Assembly: GCA_963708025.1 (NCBI GenBank) | Contig: CAVPSB010000013.1 | Coordinates: 288,001-352,000, forward strand | DNA length: 64,000 nucleotides | Direction: 5' to 3' | From: an uncultured Candidatus Rokubacteria bacterium | Lineage (GTDB): Bacteria > Methylomirabilota > Methylomirabilia > Rokubacteriales > DASRDR01 | Shown here: piece after piece, positions 20,349 through 30,117 of the stretch | Layout of the letters: every line of letters starts with the position of its first letter | Numbering within the stretch: the first letter of the stretch is position 1 | Made by a program: the position numbers and the translations under genes | Notes under the pieces: generated by a model | What the model saw: the letters and a program-made list of their open reading frames with translations, nothing else | Database searches by the model: none | What the model was told of the DNA's origin: nothing

Positions 20349-22040
20349 CTACCGCCCGGCCGACATCAGGCCCACGATGACCGGGCCCCAGGCCGTCAGC
20401 AGGATGTTCCCGATGGCGTAGGGCACCGTGTAGCCCAGCGCCGGCACCTTGCTCTGCGCCTCGTCCTGGATGGCGCGGAGGGCCGCCGTGATCGTCCCGG
20501 CGCCGGCGCAGGCCCCCAGGAGGATGAGCGGGTTCATCCGCAGCACGTAGCGCCCGAAGAGGATCGCCGTGATGTGGGGGATCAGGGAGCACGCCAGGCC
20601 CACCACGACCAGGCTGATCCCGGTCTTCTGGAGCCCGGTCACGAAGCCGGGGCCGGCGCTCAGCCCCACCACGCCGATGAACACGCACAGCCCCACGGTG
20701 TCGAAGATCCAGATCGCCGGCTCGGGCATCCGCCCGAAGTACGGCCGCACCGAGCGCAGCCACCCGAACACCAGCCCCATGATGAGGGCGCCGCCGCTGG
20801 CGGTGAGGGTCAGCGGCAGCCCGGCGACCGTGACCGAGAGGAGGCCGACCAGCCCGCCGAGCACGATGCCGATGCCCACGAAGATCATGTCCGTGGCATT
20901 GGTGGGCCGGTCGGGGTACCCGAGGTCCTGGGCCGCGCGCTCCACCTCCGGCCTGCTGCCGATCAGGCTCATCACGTCGCCCCGGTCGATGCGCGTCTCG
21001 AGGGTGGCCGGCATCTCCTCCCCCGCCCGCAGCAGCTTCTTCAGGAACACCCCCCGGGCGAACGGGAGGCTGGCCAGCTCCCGCAGGGTCATCCCCACCC
21101 GGGCCCGGTTCGTCACCACCACGTCCAGCATCTCGATCGGGATGTCCAGCAACGCCCGGTCTTCCACCTCGGGCCCGATCTTGGCCCCGTGCTCCACCAG
21201 GACGTCGTACCGCGTCGCCACCGCCACCACGTCGTCCCCCCGGATCACCGTGGTCGGCGTGACCTCCAGGATCTCCCCCTGCCGCCGCACCCGCAGGATG
21301 AAGACCCGGGCGTCCTTCGGCCGCGCCTCCAGCTCCCCGACCGTCCGGTTCACCAGCTGCTCGCTCGTCACCCGGTAGGCCCGGACCTCAAGCCCCCGCG
21401 CCGCCGACACGATCCCCAGCTCCGGCTCCGCCACCCCCGGCGCCGCCGCCTGCGCCTTCCGGCTCTCCTCCCGCAGGTTCACCCCCATCAGCTTGGGCCC
21501 CATCACCGGCAGGAACCACACCAGGCCGGCGGTGCCGATCAGGTAGGTCACCGCGTAGGCGATCGGGATGTTGTTCACCAGCCGCGCCCGCTCCGCCTCC
21601 GGCAGCGGCAGCCGGTTGATCGCCTCCCCCGCTGTCCCGATCACCGTGGACTCCGAGAACGCCCCCGCCAGCAGCCCCGCCGTGGTCCCCACGTCGTAGC
21701 CGAGGAGCATGGCGGCGACGTAGGCGGTCACCAGACACGTCACGCAGAGGACCACGGTCAGCGTGACCTGGGTCAGCGCGTCCTTCTTCAGGCCCCGGAA
21801 GAACTGCGGCCCCACCTTGTAGCCCGTCGTGAACAGGAACAGGTCGAAGAAGACCGTCTTGACGGTCGCCGGGACCTGGACGTTGAGCTGGCCGACCAGC
21901 ACCCCCGCCAGCAGCGTCCCTACCACCGTCCCGAAGCTGAAGCTCCCGATCTTCAGGCGTCCCACGAAGAACCCGATCGCCAGTGTGAGAAAGATCGCCA
22001 GCTCGGGGTTGTGCCGGAGGGCGGCGACGAACCAGTCCAC
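20349..22040 (-). CDS. aspT: Aspartate:alanine antiporter, AspT/YidE/YbjL family
   Basis: PELAIFLTLAIG, GYKVGPQFF, two TrkA_C-like central domains, [14 protein letters not shown]; adjacent to aspD. Confidence 0.92.
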   Translation of the reverse strand: MDWFVAALRHNPELAIFLTLAIGFFVGRLKIGSFSFGTVVGTLLAGVLVGQLNVQVPATVKTVFFDLFLFTTGYKVGPQFFRGLKKDALTQVTLTVVLCVTCLVTAYVAAMLLGYDVGTTAGLLAGAFSESTVIGTAGEAINRLPLPEAERARLVNNIPIAYAVTYLIGTAGLVWFLPVMGPKLMGVNLREESRKAQAAAPGVAEPELGIVSAARGLEVRAYRVTSEQLVNRTVGELEARPKDARVFILRVRRQGEILEVTPTTVIRGDDVVAVATRYDVLVEHGAKIGPEVEDRALLDIPIEMLDVVVTNRARVGMTLRELASLPFARGVFLKKLLRAGEEMPATLETRIDRGDVMSLIGSRPEVERAAQDLGYPDRPTNATDMIFVGIGIVLGGLVGLLSVTVAGLPLTLTASGGALIMGLVFGWLRSVRPYFGRMPEPAIWIFDTVGLCVFIGVVGLSAGPGFVTGLQKTGISLVVVGLACSLIPHITAILFGRYVLRMNPLILLGACAGAGTITAALRAIQDEAQSKVPALGYTVPYAIGNILLTAWGPVIVGLMSAGR

Positions 22041-22079
22041 GGGTCCACCTCCTCGGGTTTACTTCGTGTTCACCGGCTC

Positions 22080-23694
22080 TCAGGTCTTCGGCGCGCGCTT
22101 CGAGGCCTCGAAGGCGTCCCGGTAGCCCCGCGCGATCGACCGGACCCCCCGCCCGATGTCGTCGTACACGTCGTCGGCCAGGTTGGCCAGGGACACGCGC
22201 AGCGACCAGTCGGGCGCCTCGAAGCCGCCGCCGTTCAGGAGCACGATGCCGTGGTTCTCGGCGAGGCGGAACGCCAGGTCGAGCGGGTGGACGTTCTTCT
22301 TCAGGTACTGGACCGCCTCCTCGCCGATGTTCTTCCGCGCCCAGAACTCGAAGTCGATCAGCCCGTAGTAGGCGTCGTACAGCGGGTTCGGGGTCACCTC
22401 GATCCCCAGCCCCTCGATCATCGCCAGGGCCCGCCGGTGCACGATCTCCATGCACGCCTTCTGGTAGCGCTTCTCCGCGTCCATCAGCTCGGCCAGCGAG
22501 AACAGGCTCATCATGACCTGCTGGGGCAGCGACAGCCCGGCCGTGTGGTTGAGGGCCACGTCCCGGCTGTCGGCGACGATCCGGTCGATGAACTTGATCT
22601 TGCGCGGCTCGAGGGTCAGCGCGCCGTAGCGCTTGTCGAGCGCGCCGAGATCCGCGGCCGGCAGCTTCGCGATCATCCGGTCGAAGATGTTGTCCTCGTG
22701 GACCGCGATGACGCCGAGCCGCCACCCCGTGCAGCCGAAGTACTTCGAGTAGGAGTAGACGCCGATCGTGTTCTGCGGCAGCTCGCCGAGCAGCGAGCGG
22801 AAGCCCGGGACGAACGTCCCGTACACGTCGTCGGTCAGGAGCATCAGGTCCGGCCGCTTCGTCTTCACCAGGGTCGCGATCTTGCCGATCGTGTCCTTGC
22901 TGAGCGCGACGCCCGGTCGGGTTGCCGGGATTGACGAGGAAGAACGCCTTGATCTTGGGATCCTCCAGCTTCTTGAGCTCCGCGTCCGTGAACTGGAAGC
23001 GGTTCTCCTGCGGCGCCTGGATGGTCACCACGTTCAGGGCGTAGTCCTCGAGGTGCGGCATCTCGAGGTAGGGCGTGAAGATCGGCGTGCCGAGCGCGAT
23101 CGTGTCGCCGGCGCGCAGCAGGCGGTTGGCCTTCAGCGACTTGAAGATGTAGCACATCGCCGCCGTCCCGCCCTCGACGGCGTAGAGGTCGAACTTCCCG
23201 GCCGGCCGGGGCGACCCGCACATCGCCCACTGCAGGTACTCGTGCACGATCCGCTCGTTGTGGACCAGCATGCGGTCGGGGACCGGGTAGTTGTCGCCGA
23301 TGATCGAGTCCACCAGCTCGTGGACGAAGGCATCGGGCTCGAACTTGAACGTCTTCACCGCGAACGGCACCAGCGCCGCCAGGAACGGCGCCCCCGGCAT
23401 GTCGGCGTGCTTGGCCAGCCACGCCTCCAGCCGGCCGGCGACGCCCTGGGGCTGCGGCATGCCGGCGAGCCCAGCCGGATGCTCCATGACCCGCCGGCTC
23501 TCCGTGACGGCGAACTGGCCGAGGAGGAAGAAACCCTCGCGCGGCGTGGTGGCGATCCAGTTGGGGTTGCCCCGGCCGGCGTTGAGGAACGCCGACTGCG
23601 TGGTCCGGGAGGTTTTCTTGGCCAGGTGGATCAGCTCGTCCTTGATCTCGAACGGGCTGAGGGTCTCGAACTTCCGCAGCTTCATGACGTCCAT
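22080..23694 (-). CDS. aspD: Aspartate 4-decarboxylase (frameshift near 22914)
   Basis: LSPFEIKDELI, LNAGRGNPNW, EGGTAAMCY, TDDVYGTF, PLP-lysine motif YSYSKYFGCTGWRLG. Confidence 0.93.
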
Positions 23695-23740
23695 GTCTGT
23701 CTCCTGCGTTCTTTGGGCCTCGTCGCGATCGGGTCGTGCG

Positions 23741-25084
23741 TCACAAGAGGTCTCGCTCCCAGTTGAGAATCACGCGAATCTGGGCGCCCAGCTGGTTGGC
23801 GTTGTCTTGATCGAGGATGACGCCGCGCACGCGAAGCCACAGGCCCTGCAGGAAGGCGGGCGTCTTCCAGGGAAGGCGGTAGTCGACGGTCAGGTCGTAC
23901 TCCCGCTGGTCGGGCGCGTTCGCCCGCGTCTTGGGATCGATGGCGTCCGTGCCCCAGACGAAGTTGAAGTTGGCGCTGAGCCCCGGGGTCAGCACCTTCG
24001 AGAAGTCGTAGGCGATGCCGACCAGCCACGCCTTCTCGTTGGCGCGGTCGAAGTCCTGGTCGATCATCGAGAGATAGCCGGGGAAGCTCCCCCACGGACT
24101 CTGGATGGTGTTGCCGGAGCCCGTGACCGAGAACGCCGCCGTCAGCGTGAGCTCCCGGTAGATCGCCTGGATGCGGGCGCCGCCTTGCTGGGTCTCCCAG
24201 AATTTCTCCGCCGCGTTGGCCACGAGCGCGTCCCCCACGGCCCGCTGGTCCGTGAACTGCGCGCCGAGACGGATCTTCCAGTCCGGGTTCAGCGCGTAGA
24301 GATAGTCCGCCTCGGCGTAGACCGTGTTGAAGGTGTCGACGCCGTACTGCTCGGTCACGTCGAGCCGCAGCCCCGGGACGGGGGTCAGCCGCACCCCGGC
24401 CAGGGCGACGCCGCGGTCGGTCCCCGTCGCCCCGGCCTGCTGGGACATGCTGACGAACTCGTCGGCGTTGCGTGGCTTGATGTCCCAGAGGTAGCCGCCG
24501 AAGTACTGGACCCAGGCCACCTTGCCGCCGAGGGTCACCCCCTCGAAGGTGTTGGGCGTCATCCGGTTGTCCTGGGGGTTGATGTAGGACTGGTCAACCA
24601 GCTGCCGGTAGCCCTTGAGCAGCGCGTAGTCCTGGTAGCGCAGCGCGCCCCACGCCTCACCGGGGACGTAGTAGCCCTCTTGCCCGGGCTTGAGGAGGAG
24701 CGTGCCGTCCTTGTCGTCCGGCGCGTAGAGGGGCGCCGAGCCATACAGGGTCGCGCCCATCGCGAAGGTGTCGAGGAGCCAGCCCGACTGGTAGGTGATC
24801 CAGCCTCCGAACGCCCACGCCTCGTTCTCGGTGCCGTCGGGCTTCTCCCGGTTGAAGTAGTAGCTGCGGAAATGCACCTTCAGATCCGTGTCCCGCAGGA
24901 ACGGGGGCAGGTCCGCCATCTGCTCCTTCAGCGGGGCGAAGAGCCGCTCCAGCGGGGGCCCCGGCGGCGGCGGCGGCGGCGCGTCTTCGGCGCAAGCCGG
25001 GCCTGCCCACGTCACCGTGCCGGCCAGCAGCACCGCCGCGGCGAGACCGCGCCAGGCTCGCATCCGCTCGCTCTGGATACCCAT
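23741..25084 (-). CDS. OprD-family outer-membrane porin
   Basis: GGAGG RBS; signal peptide; FRSYYFNR, YQSGW, INPQDNRMTPNTFEG, DFDRANEKAW. Confidence 0.85.
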   Translation of the reverse strand: MGIQSERMRAWRGLAAAVLLAGTVTWAGPACAEDAPPPPPPGPPLERLFAPLKEQMADLPPFLRDTDLKVHFRSYYFNREKPDGTENEAWAFGGWITYQSGWLLDTFAMGATLYGSAPLYAPDDKDGTLLLKPGQEGYYVPGEAWGALRYQDYALLKGYRQLVDQSYINPQDNRMTPNTFEGVTLGGKVAWVQYFGGYLWDIKPRNADEFVSMSQQAGATGTDRGVALAGVRLTPVPGLRLDVTEQYGVDTFNTVYAEADYLYALNPDWKIRLGAQFTDQRAVGDALVANAAEKFWETQQGGARIQAIYRELTLTAAFSVTGSGNTIQSPWGSFPGYLSMIDQDFDRANEKAWLVGIAYDFSKVLTPGLSANFNFVWGTDAIDPKTRANAPDQREYDLTVDYRLPWKTPAFLQGLWLRVRGVILDQDNANQLGAQIRVILNWERDLL

Positions 25085-25165
25085 GACCCACCTCCCGGGC
25101 GCACCGTCCCGGTCATGGACCGGGCGCGCCAGTGAACCCAGCCGGGGCTTCCGATGCAGGCCGAG

Positions 25166-25251
25166 CGACGTCTTCCTGGCCAGCCGGATCACCTCGTCCT
25201 CGCTCTCGAACGGGTGGCCTCTCGAGGTGTCGGGGGCGTCCCGAGGCCCAT
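25166..25251 (-). pseudogene. Decayed 5' fragment of aspD
   Basis: HPFESEDEVIRLARKTS versus AspD SPFEIKDELIHLAKKTS, with visible DNA similarity and a similar GGAGA..ATG context. Confidence 0.75.
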
Positions 25252-25282
25252 GCCTGTTTCTCCCCTGTCCTGGGGGGGCGCC

Positions 25283-26974
25283 TCACGCCAGGAGCATGAC
25301 GATGACCATGCCCCAGATCGTGAGCAGCGTGTTGCCGACGGCGTAGGTCACGGTGTAGCCGAGCGCGGGCACCTGGCTCCGGGCGAGGTCACAGATCATC
25401 CCGAGCGACGCGGTCGTCGTGCGCGCTCCGGAACAGGCCCCGAGCAGGATCGCGTCGTGGAAGCGGAAGACGTACTTGCCGACGAACATCCCGAGGATCA
25501 GGGGTACCATGGTCGCCGCGACCCCCCACAGGAACAGGCCGAAACCGAGCGTCTTCAGGCCGCTGACGAAGCCCGGCCCCGCCGAGATGCCGACCACCGC
25601 GATGAAGATGTTGAGACCGACCGAGTTCATGAACCAGACGGTGGGCGACGGGATGCGCCCGAAGAACGGGCGCGTCGAGCGAAGCCAGCCGAACACGAGG
25701 CCGGAGATGAGGGCTCCGCCCGAAGTCGACAGCGTCAGCGGTATGCCGCCGACCTTCCAGACGAGCGCGCCGACCAGCGCACCGATCGTGATCGCGCCCC
25801 CGATGAACGCCACGTCGGCGACGTCGGTCGGCCGGTCGGCGACGCCCAGCATCTTGGCGGCCGCGGCGGTGTCCTGCGTGCGGCCCACGAGGGTGAGGAT
25901 GTCGCCCCGCTGGATCGTCGTGTTCGGCAGGATCGGGATCGAGGTGGCCGTGGCGCCCCGCGTGATCTTCCGCAGGAAGACTCCGCGGGCCCTGGGGAGC
26001 TTGGCCACCTCGGCGAGCGTCTTGCCGTCGACCGCCTTGTTGGTCACCAGGACGTCAACGCCCTCCACCGGCATGTTCAGAAGCTCCGGATCGTCGACTT
26101 CCTCCGCGTTCGCCCCGAGGACACTCACGAGCACCTCACGGACGCCGGCCACCGCCACCACATCACCCTCACGCAGCACGGTGTCCGCCGTCGCGTCCTC
26201 GATCGTCCCGCCGCGGCGGACGCGCAGGACGAAGACGCGCGCGTCGGGCACCAGCGCCTCCGCCTCGATGGCGCGCAGGCCGACGGCCTTCCCCCCCTGA
26301 CGCACGCGGTAGGCACGCACTGCCCAGCGGTGCCAGGCCGAGCCGGCCCCGCCCAGCTCCTTGGTGCCGCCCTGCTTCTCCTCGTAGTCCTTGCACGCCG
26401 CAATTAGATCGATGCGGAGAAGCGGCGGGCCGACCAGTGCCAGGACGATGGCCGAGCCGACGGTGCCGAAGAGGTAGGTCACGGCATAGGCCACCGGCAT
26501 CAGGTCGAGCAGCCCCTTGGTCTGGTCAGCAGGCAAGCCCAGCCGGTTGATGGCGTCGGTCGCGAGGCCCATCGAGGCGGAGATAGTCTGGGACCCCGCA
26601 TACAGCCCGGCCGCCGCCCCGAGGTCGTACCCGGCGAGCTTGGCGATCACGACGATGGCGGCCAGACTGAACACACACTGCACCACCGCGAAGAGCGCCT
26701 GCGGCAGGCCGTCCTTGGCGACGCCCCGGACGAACTGCGGCCCGACGCCGTAGCCGACGGCGAACAGGAACAGGAGGAAGACCGTTGCCTTGAGGGGCGG
26801 CGAGATGGTGATCCCGAGCTGTCCGATCACGACCGCCGCCAGCAGGGTGGCGGTCACCGCCCCCAGGCCGATGCCGCGGAAGGTGAACTTGCCGAAGTAG
26901 TACCCGAGGCCAAGCGAGAGAAAGATCGCGACCTCCGGGTACGTGCGCAGCGTCTGGGCGAACCAGTCAAGCAT
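25283..26974 (-). CDS. aspT: Second AspT-family antiporter
   Basis: [36 protein letters not shown]; 563 aa paralog of 20349-22040. Confidence 0.9.
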   Translation of the reverse strand: MLDWFAQTLRTYPEVAIFLSLGLGYYFGKFTFRGIGLGAVTATLLAAVVIGQLGITISPPLKATVFLLFLFAVGYGVGPQFVRGVAKDGLPQALFAVVQCVFSLAAIVVIAKLAGYDLGAAAGLYAGSQTISASMGLATDAINRLGLPADQTKGLLDLMPVAYAVTYLFGTVGSAIVLALVGPPLLRIDLIAACKDYEEKQGGTKELGGAGSAWHRWAVRAYRVRQGGKAVGLRAIEAEALVPDARVFVLRVRRGGTIEDATADTVLREGDVVAVAGVREVLVSVLGANAEEVDDPELLNMPVEGVDVLVTNKAVDGKTLAEVAKLPRARGVFLRKITRGATATSIPILPNTTIQRGDILTLVGRTQDTAAAAKMLGVADRPTDVADVAFIGGAITIGALVGALVWKVGGIPLTLSTSGGALISGLVFGWLRSTRPFFGRIPSPTVWFMNSVGLNIFIAVVGISAGPGFVSGLKTLGFGLFLWGVAATMVPLILGMFVGKYVFRFHDAILLGACSGARTTTASLGMICDLARSQVPALGYTVTYAVGNTLLTIWGMVIVMLLA

Positions 26975-27015
26975 CTTGCCCCCCGTTCGAGCGCTCGCGG
27001 CCGCTCATGCCCGGG

Positions 27016-29777
27016 TCAGCGGCCGGATGCCTTGCCGTGCCGGGCCAGGGCGTCGGGCTTCAGGAGCTCGAGGCCCTTGCCGGCGGTGTAGCCGTGGATC
27101 TCCTTCACGTCGAGCTTGCGCATGAACGCGATGATCTCCTTGGTGACGACCTGGCCCGGCACCATGATCGGGAACCCGGGCGGGTACGGGATCACGAACT
27201 TCGCCGAGACCAGCTCGGGGCCCTTGGCCAGCCGGTCGTCGATCGCCTTGCTGTCGAGCTTGACGTGCTCGAGTTGGCGGCGTCGTAGGCCATGTAGTAT
27301 GCCTCGCGCATGTGCCCTTCCTGGGTGGCGCTCTTGGGATCGTCGCGGAAGGCGTCGTGGAAGCGCTGGAAGTCGGGCAGGTCCGGCACGTCCTCGACCA
27401 GCGACTTCACCCGCGCCTTGAAGGCCGCCCGCTCCTCGTCGCCGCCATCGGCGAGCCGCTTCTCGATCGACCGCGTCATGTCGGCCAGGGCCTTGATCAG
27501 GTGGGCGAGGTCGCTCCGCGTGTTGTTGATGTTGATCTGGACGAGCACGCTGTTGCGCGAGGTCTTGTTGATCTGGATGTCGTGATCGCTGGCCAGCAGC
27601 CCCTTGAACTGGGTGCCGTCGTAGCCGGCGGCGCCACAGAGGAGCGTGATCCGCGTCGGGTCGAGGTAGAACTCGTCGTTGTCCAGCGCCGCCAGCGTGT
27701 CGGCCATCGTCCAGCCCGGGGCGCCCCAGTCGGTGAACCCCGACTTCCGGTGCTCGGCCGGGATCATCTCGGCCGGGGTGGCCACGCGGAAGTACTTGGA
27801 GATGAGCGGGTGCCCGTTGATCTGGCGCCGGGCCTCGATCGCCAGCTGGGTCGCCCGCCCGACGAGCTCGTAGCCCTCCAGCTCCATCTGCCGCCGGGCG
27901 ACGTCGAGCGAGGCGATGATCTGGAGATTGGGCGAGGTCGAGGTGTGGGTGAAGAACGCCTCCTTGAAGGAGGCCTCGACCGTGTGGAAGTCCTGGTCCG
28001 CGACCACGATGATCGAGCCCTGGCGGAGCGCCGACATCGACTTGTGCACGGAATCGGTCTCGTAGACGCGCACGCGCACCTGGTCCGGGTCCGGCAGGAG
28101 CTCCATGTCCAGGAGCTTCGGGTCCTTCGGGTCCAGCTTGCCGGCGCTGGCCTTGAACGCCTCGTAGCGCTTGCGGTACTCCGGGTCCTGCATCAGCGCA
28201 CGGATCGCCGCCGCCGCGCCCATCGCCGTGCGCCGCCGGAGGAACGGCGAGAAGCGCGCGAACCCGAACCACGCCTCGTCCCAGAGGAAGACGAGGTCCG
28301 GCTTGATCGCGAGACATTCCAGCATGGTCCGCTTGACGTTGGCGACGTGGCCGTCGAAGGTGCAGTTGGTCAGGACCACCAGCCTGGCCCGGTCGAGCTT
28401 GCCTTCCGCCTTGAGCTGGAGCAGCGCCTTCTTGATCGGCTTGATGGCGAGGCTCCCGTACATCGAGTACTGGGTGAGCGGGAAGGCGTCGATGTAGAGC
28501 GGCTGGGCGCCGGCCAGCACGAGCCCGTAGTGGTGCGACTTGTGGCAGTCCCGGTCGATCAGGACGATGTCGCCCGGCCGGAGCAGCGCCTGGTGGACGA
28601 TCTTGTTCGACGTCGACGTGCCGTTGGTGACGAAGAAGCTGCGGTCGCCGCCCAGGGCGCGGGCGGCCTTGTCCTGCGCGACCTTGATGTTGCCGGTGGG
28701 CTCGAGCAGGCTGTCGAGGCCGCCGGTGGTCGCCGACGATTCGGCGAGGAAGAGGTTGGCCCCGTAGAACTCGCCCATGTCGCGGATCCAGTTGGACTTG
28801 AAGATCGACTTCCCGCGGGCCACCGGCAGCGCGTGGAAGGTGCCGATCGGGCGCTGGGCGTAGTGCTTGAGGTTGTCGAAGTACGGGGTCTCGTAACGGT
28901 CCTTCACCCCGTCGAGGATCGCCAGGTGGATCTCCATCGGCTCCTCGACCCCGTAGAAGATTCGCCTGATGGGCGCCGCCTCCGGGGAGCCGGCCAGCCG
29001 GGCGACGTCGCGGTCGGTCATCAGGTACACGTCCAGCTCGGGCCGCCAGCGGCGCACCAGCTGCGCCAGCAGGGTCCCGAGGTCGCCGCTCCGCGCGGAC
29101 TCGGCGACCTGCACCTGGCGGGCGAGGATCTCGCGCAGCACCGGTACCGTGTACTGCGACGGGTAGCCGAAGCCGTCGCTGATCACGACCGATTGGAGAT
29201 TGGGGTTGAAGACCACGGCCAGGACCGCGTCCTCGAAGCTGCCGACCACGACTGGCTCGTAGACGAACTCGTCCTCGGCGCGGCGCAGCCGGCGGAACGT
29301 CTCCCGGATCTCCGGCCACATGGCGCGCTCGGCGGGCGAGACGTACAGGATCTCGAAGTACGGCCGCCGCGCCTGGCCGTGGCCGATCGACGGGGGCAGG
29401 ACGTCGGGCAGCCGGGCCTCGCCCTCCTCCTCGGCCTTCCAGGGCTCCTGGTCGTCCCGGTAGCTGTTGCTGAGGAGCGCGCCGCTGATCCGCTGCACCA
29501 GGCGCGCGAAGCCGGTCCAGTCCCCGGTCTGCAGGCGCTCGTGGACCTGCGCCATCAGCCGGGGGCCGGGATAGCCGCAGAGCTCCTCCAGCGGCGCCAG
29601 CTCGGCCAGCAGCTCGCGCGGGTCGGGGCGGGCGCCAGCCGCCGGCCGCGGGCCGGTCCCCGCCAGGGCCCGGGCGACGCGGTTCAGCGTCCGCCAGCGG
29701 TCGACCCGCGCCTCCGAGGCCGCGAAGAACTCGTTCAGGGCAAGGATTCGGTCGTCGGTCGTCGTTGTCGTGGTCAT
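27016..29777 (-). CDS. Orn/Lys/Arg-type PLP-dependent amino-acid decarboxylase (frameshift near 27270)
   Basis: FHALPVARGKS, GGLDSLLEPTG, FVTNGTSTSNK, DRDCHKSHHY, WDEAWF, SVHKSMSALRQGS, HTSTSPN, VIPYPPGFP. Confidence 0.92.
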
Positions 29778-29898
29778 GTGTGACTCCTCCGGGGCGGCTC
29801 GATCCGCATCCGCACGGGCGGCTCGAGCGAGACCCCTCCTGCCGTGGTGCCCGGAGGGACGGACGTGCCCCACCTGGCACCCGCCTCATCCGAATGCT

Positions 29899-29911
29899 AT
29901 TCTCAGAGAAT
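29899..29911. promoter_or_regulatory. AT-rich palindrome ATTCTC-A-GAGAAT upstream of the decarboxylase (possible operator)
   Basis: Perfect 6-bp arms in the divergent intergenic region next to a TAGCAT -10-like hexamer on the minus strand. Confidence 0.3.
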
Positions 29912-30057
29912 GGTGGGGTTTAGCCGCGGCAGGCAGCTTGCTCCAGCGGCCACACATGCGCGCTCGACCTGGGCCGTGGCCACGAAGGAGCCTTCTGCCG
30001 TTCCGTGACGGAGCCATGCGCCATCGTTCTCCCGACGAGATCTTGGCACAGGGACCG

Positions 30058-30095
30058 GGCGGAAGTCCCGAGGGAATTCGCAAATTTCTCCAAAA
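30058..30095 (+). promoter_or_regulatory. 38-bp conserved upstream motif, copy 1
   Basis: GGCGGAAGTCCCGAGGGAATTCGCAAATTTCTCCAAAA; 35/38 identical to 49879-49916. Confidence 0.7.
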
Positions 30096-30117
30096 TGACC
30101 CCCCGGGGCCTGACGGC

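Noticed and set aside
29757-29777. Thr run MTTTTTT as an attenuator leader
   Set aside because: It is the in-frame N-terminus of the decarboxylase, with no stop or terminator
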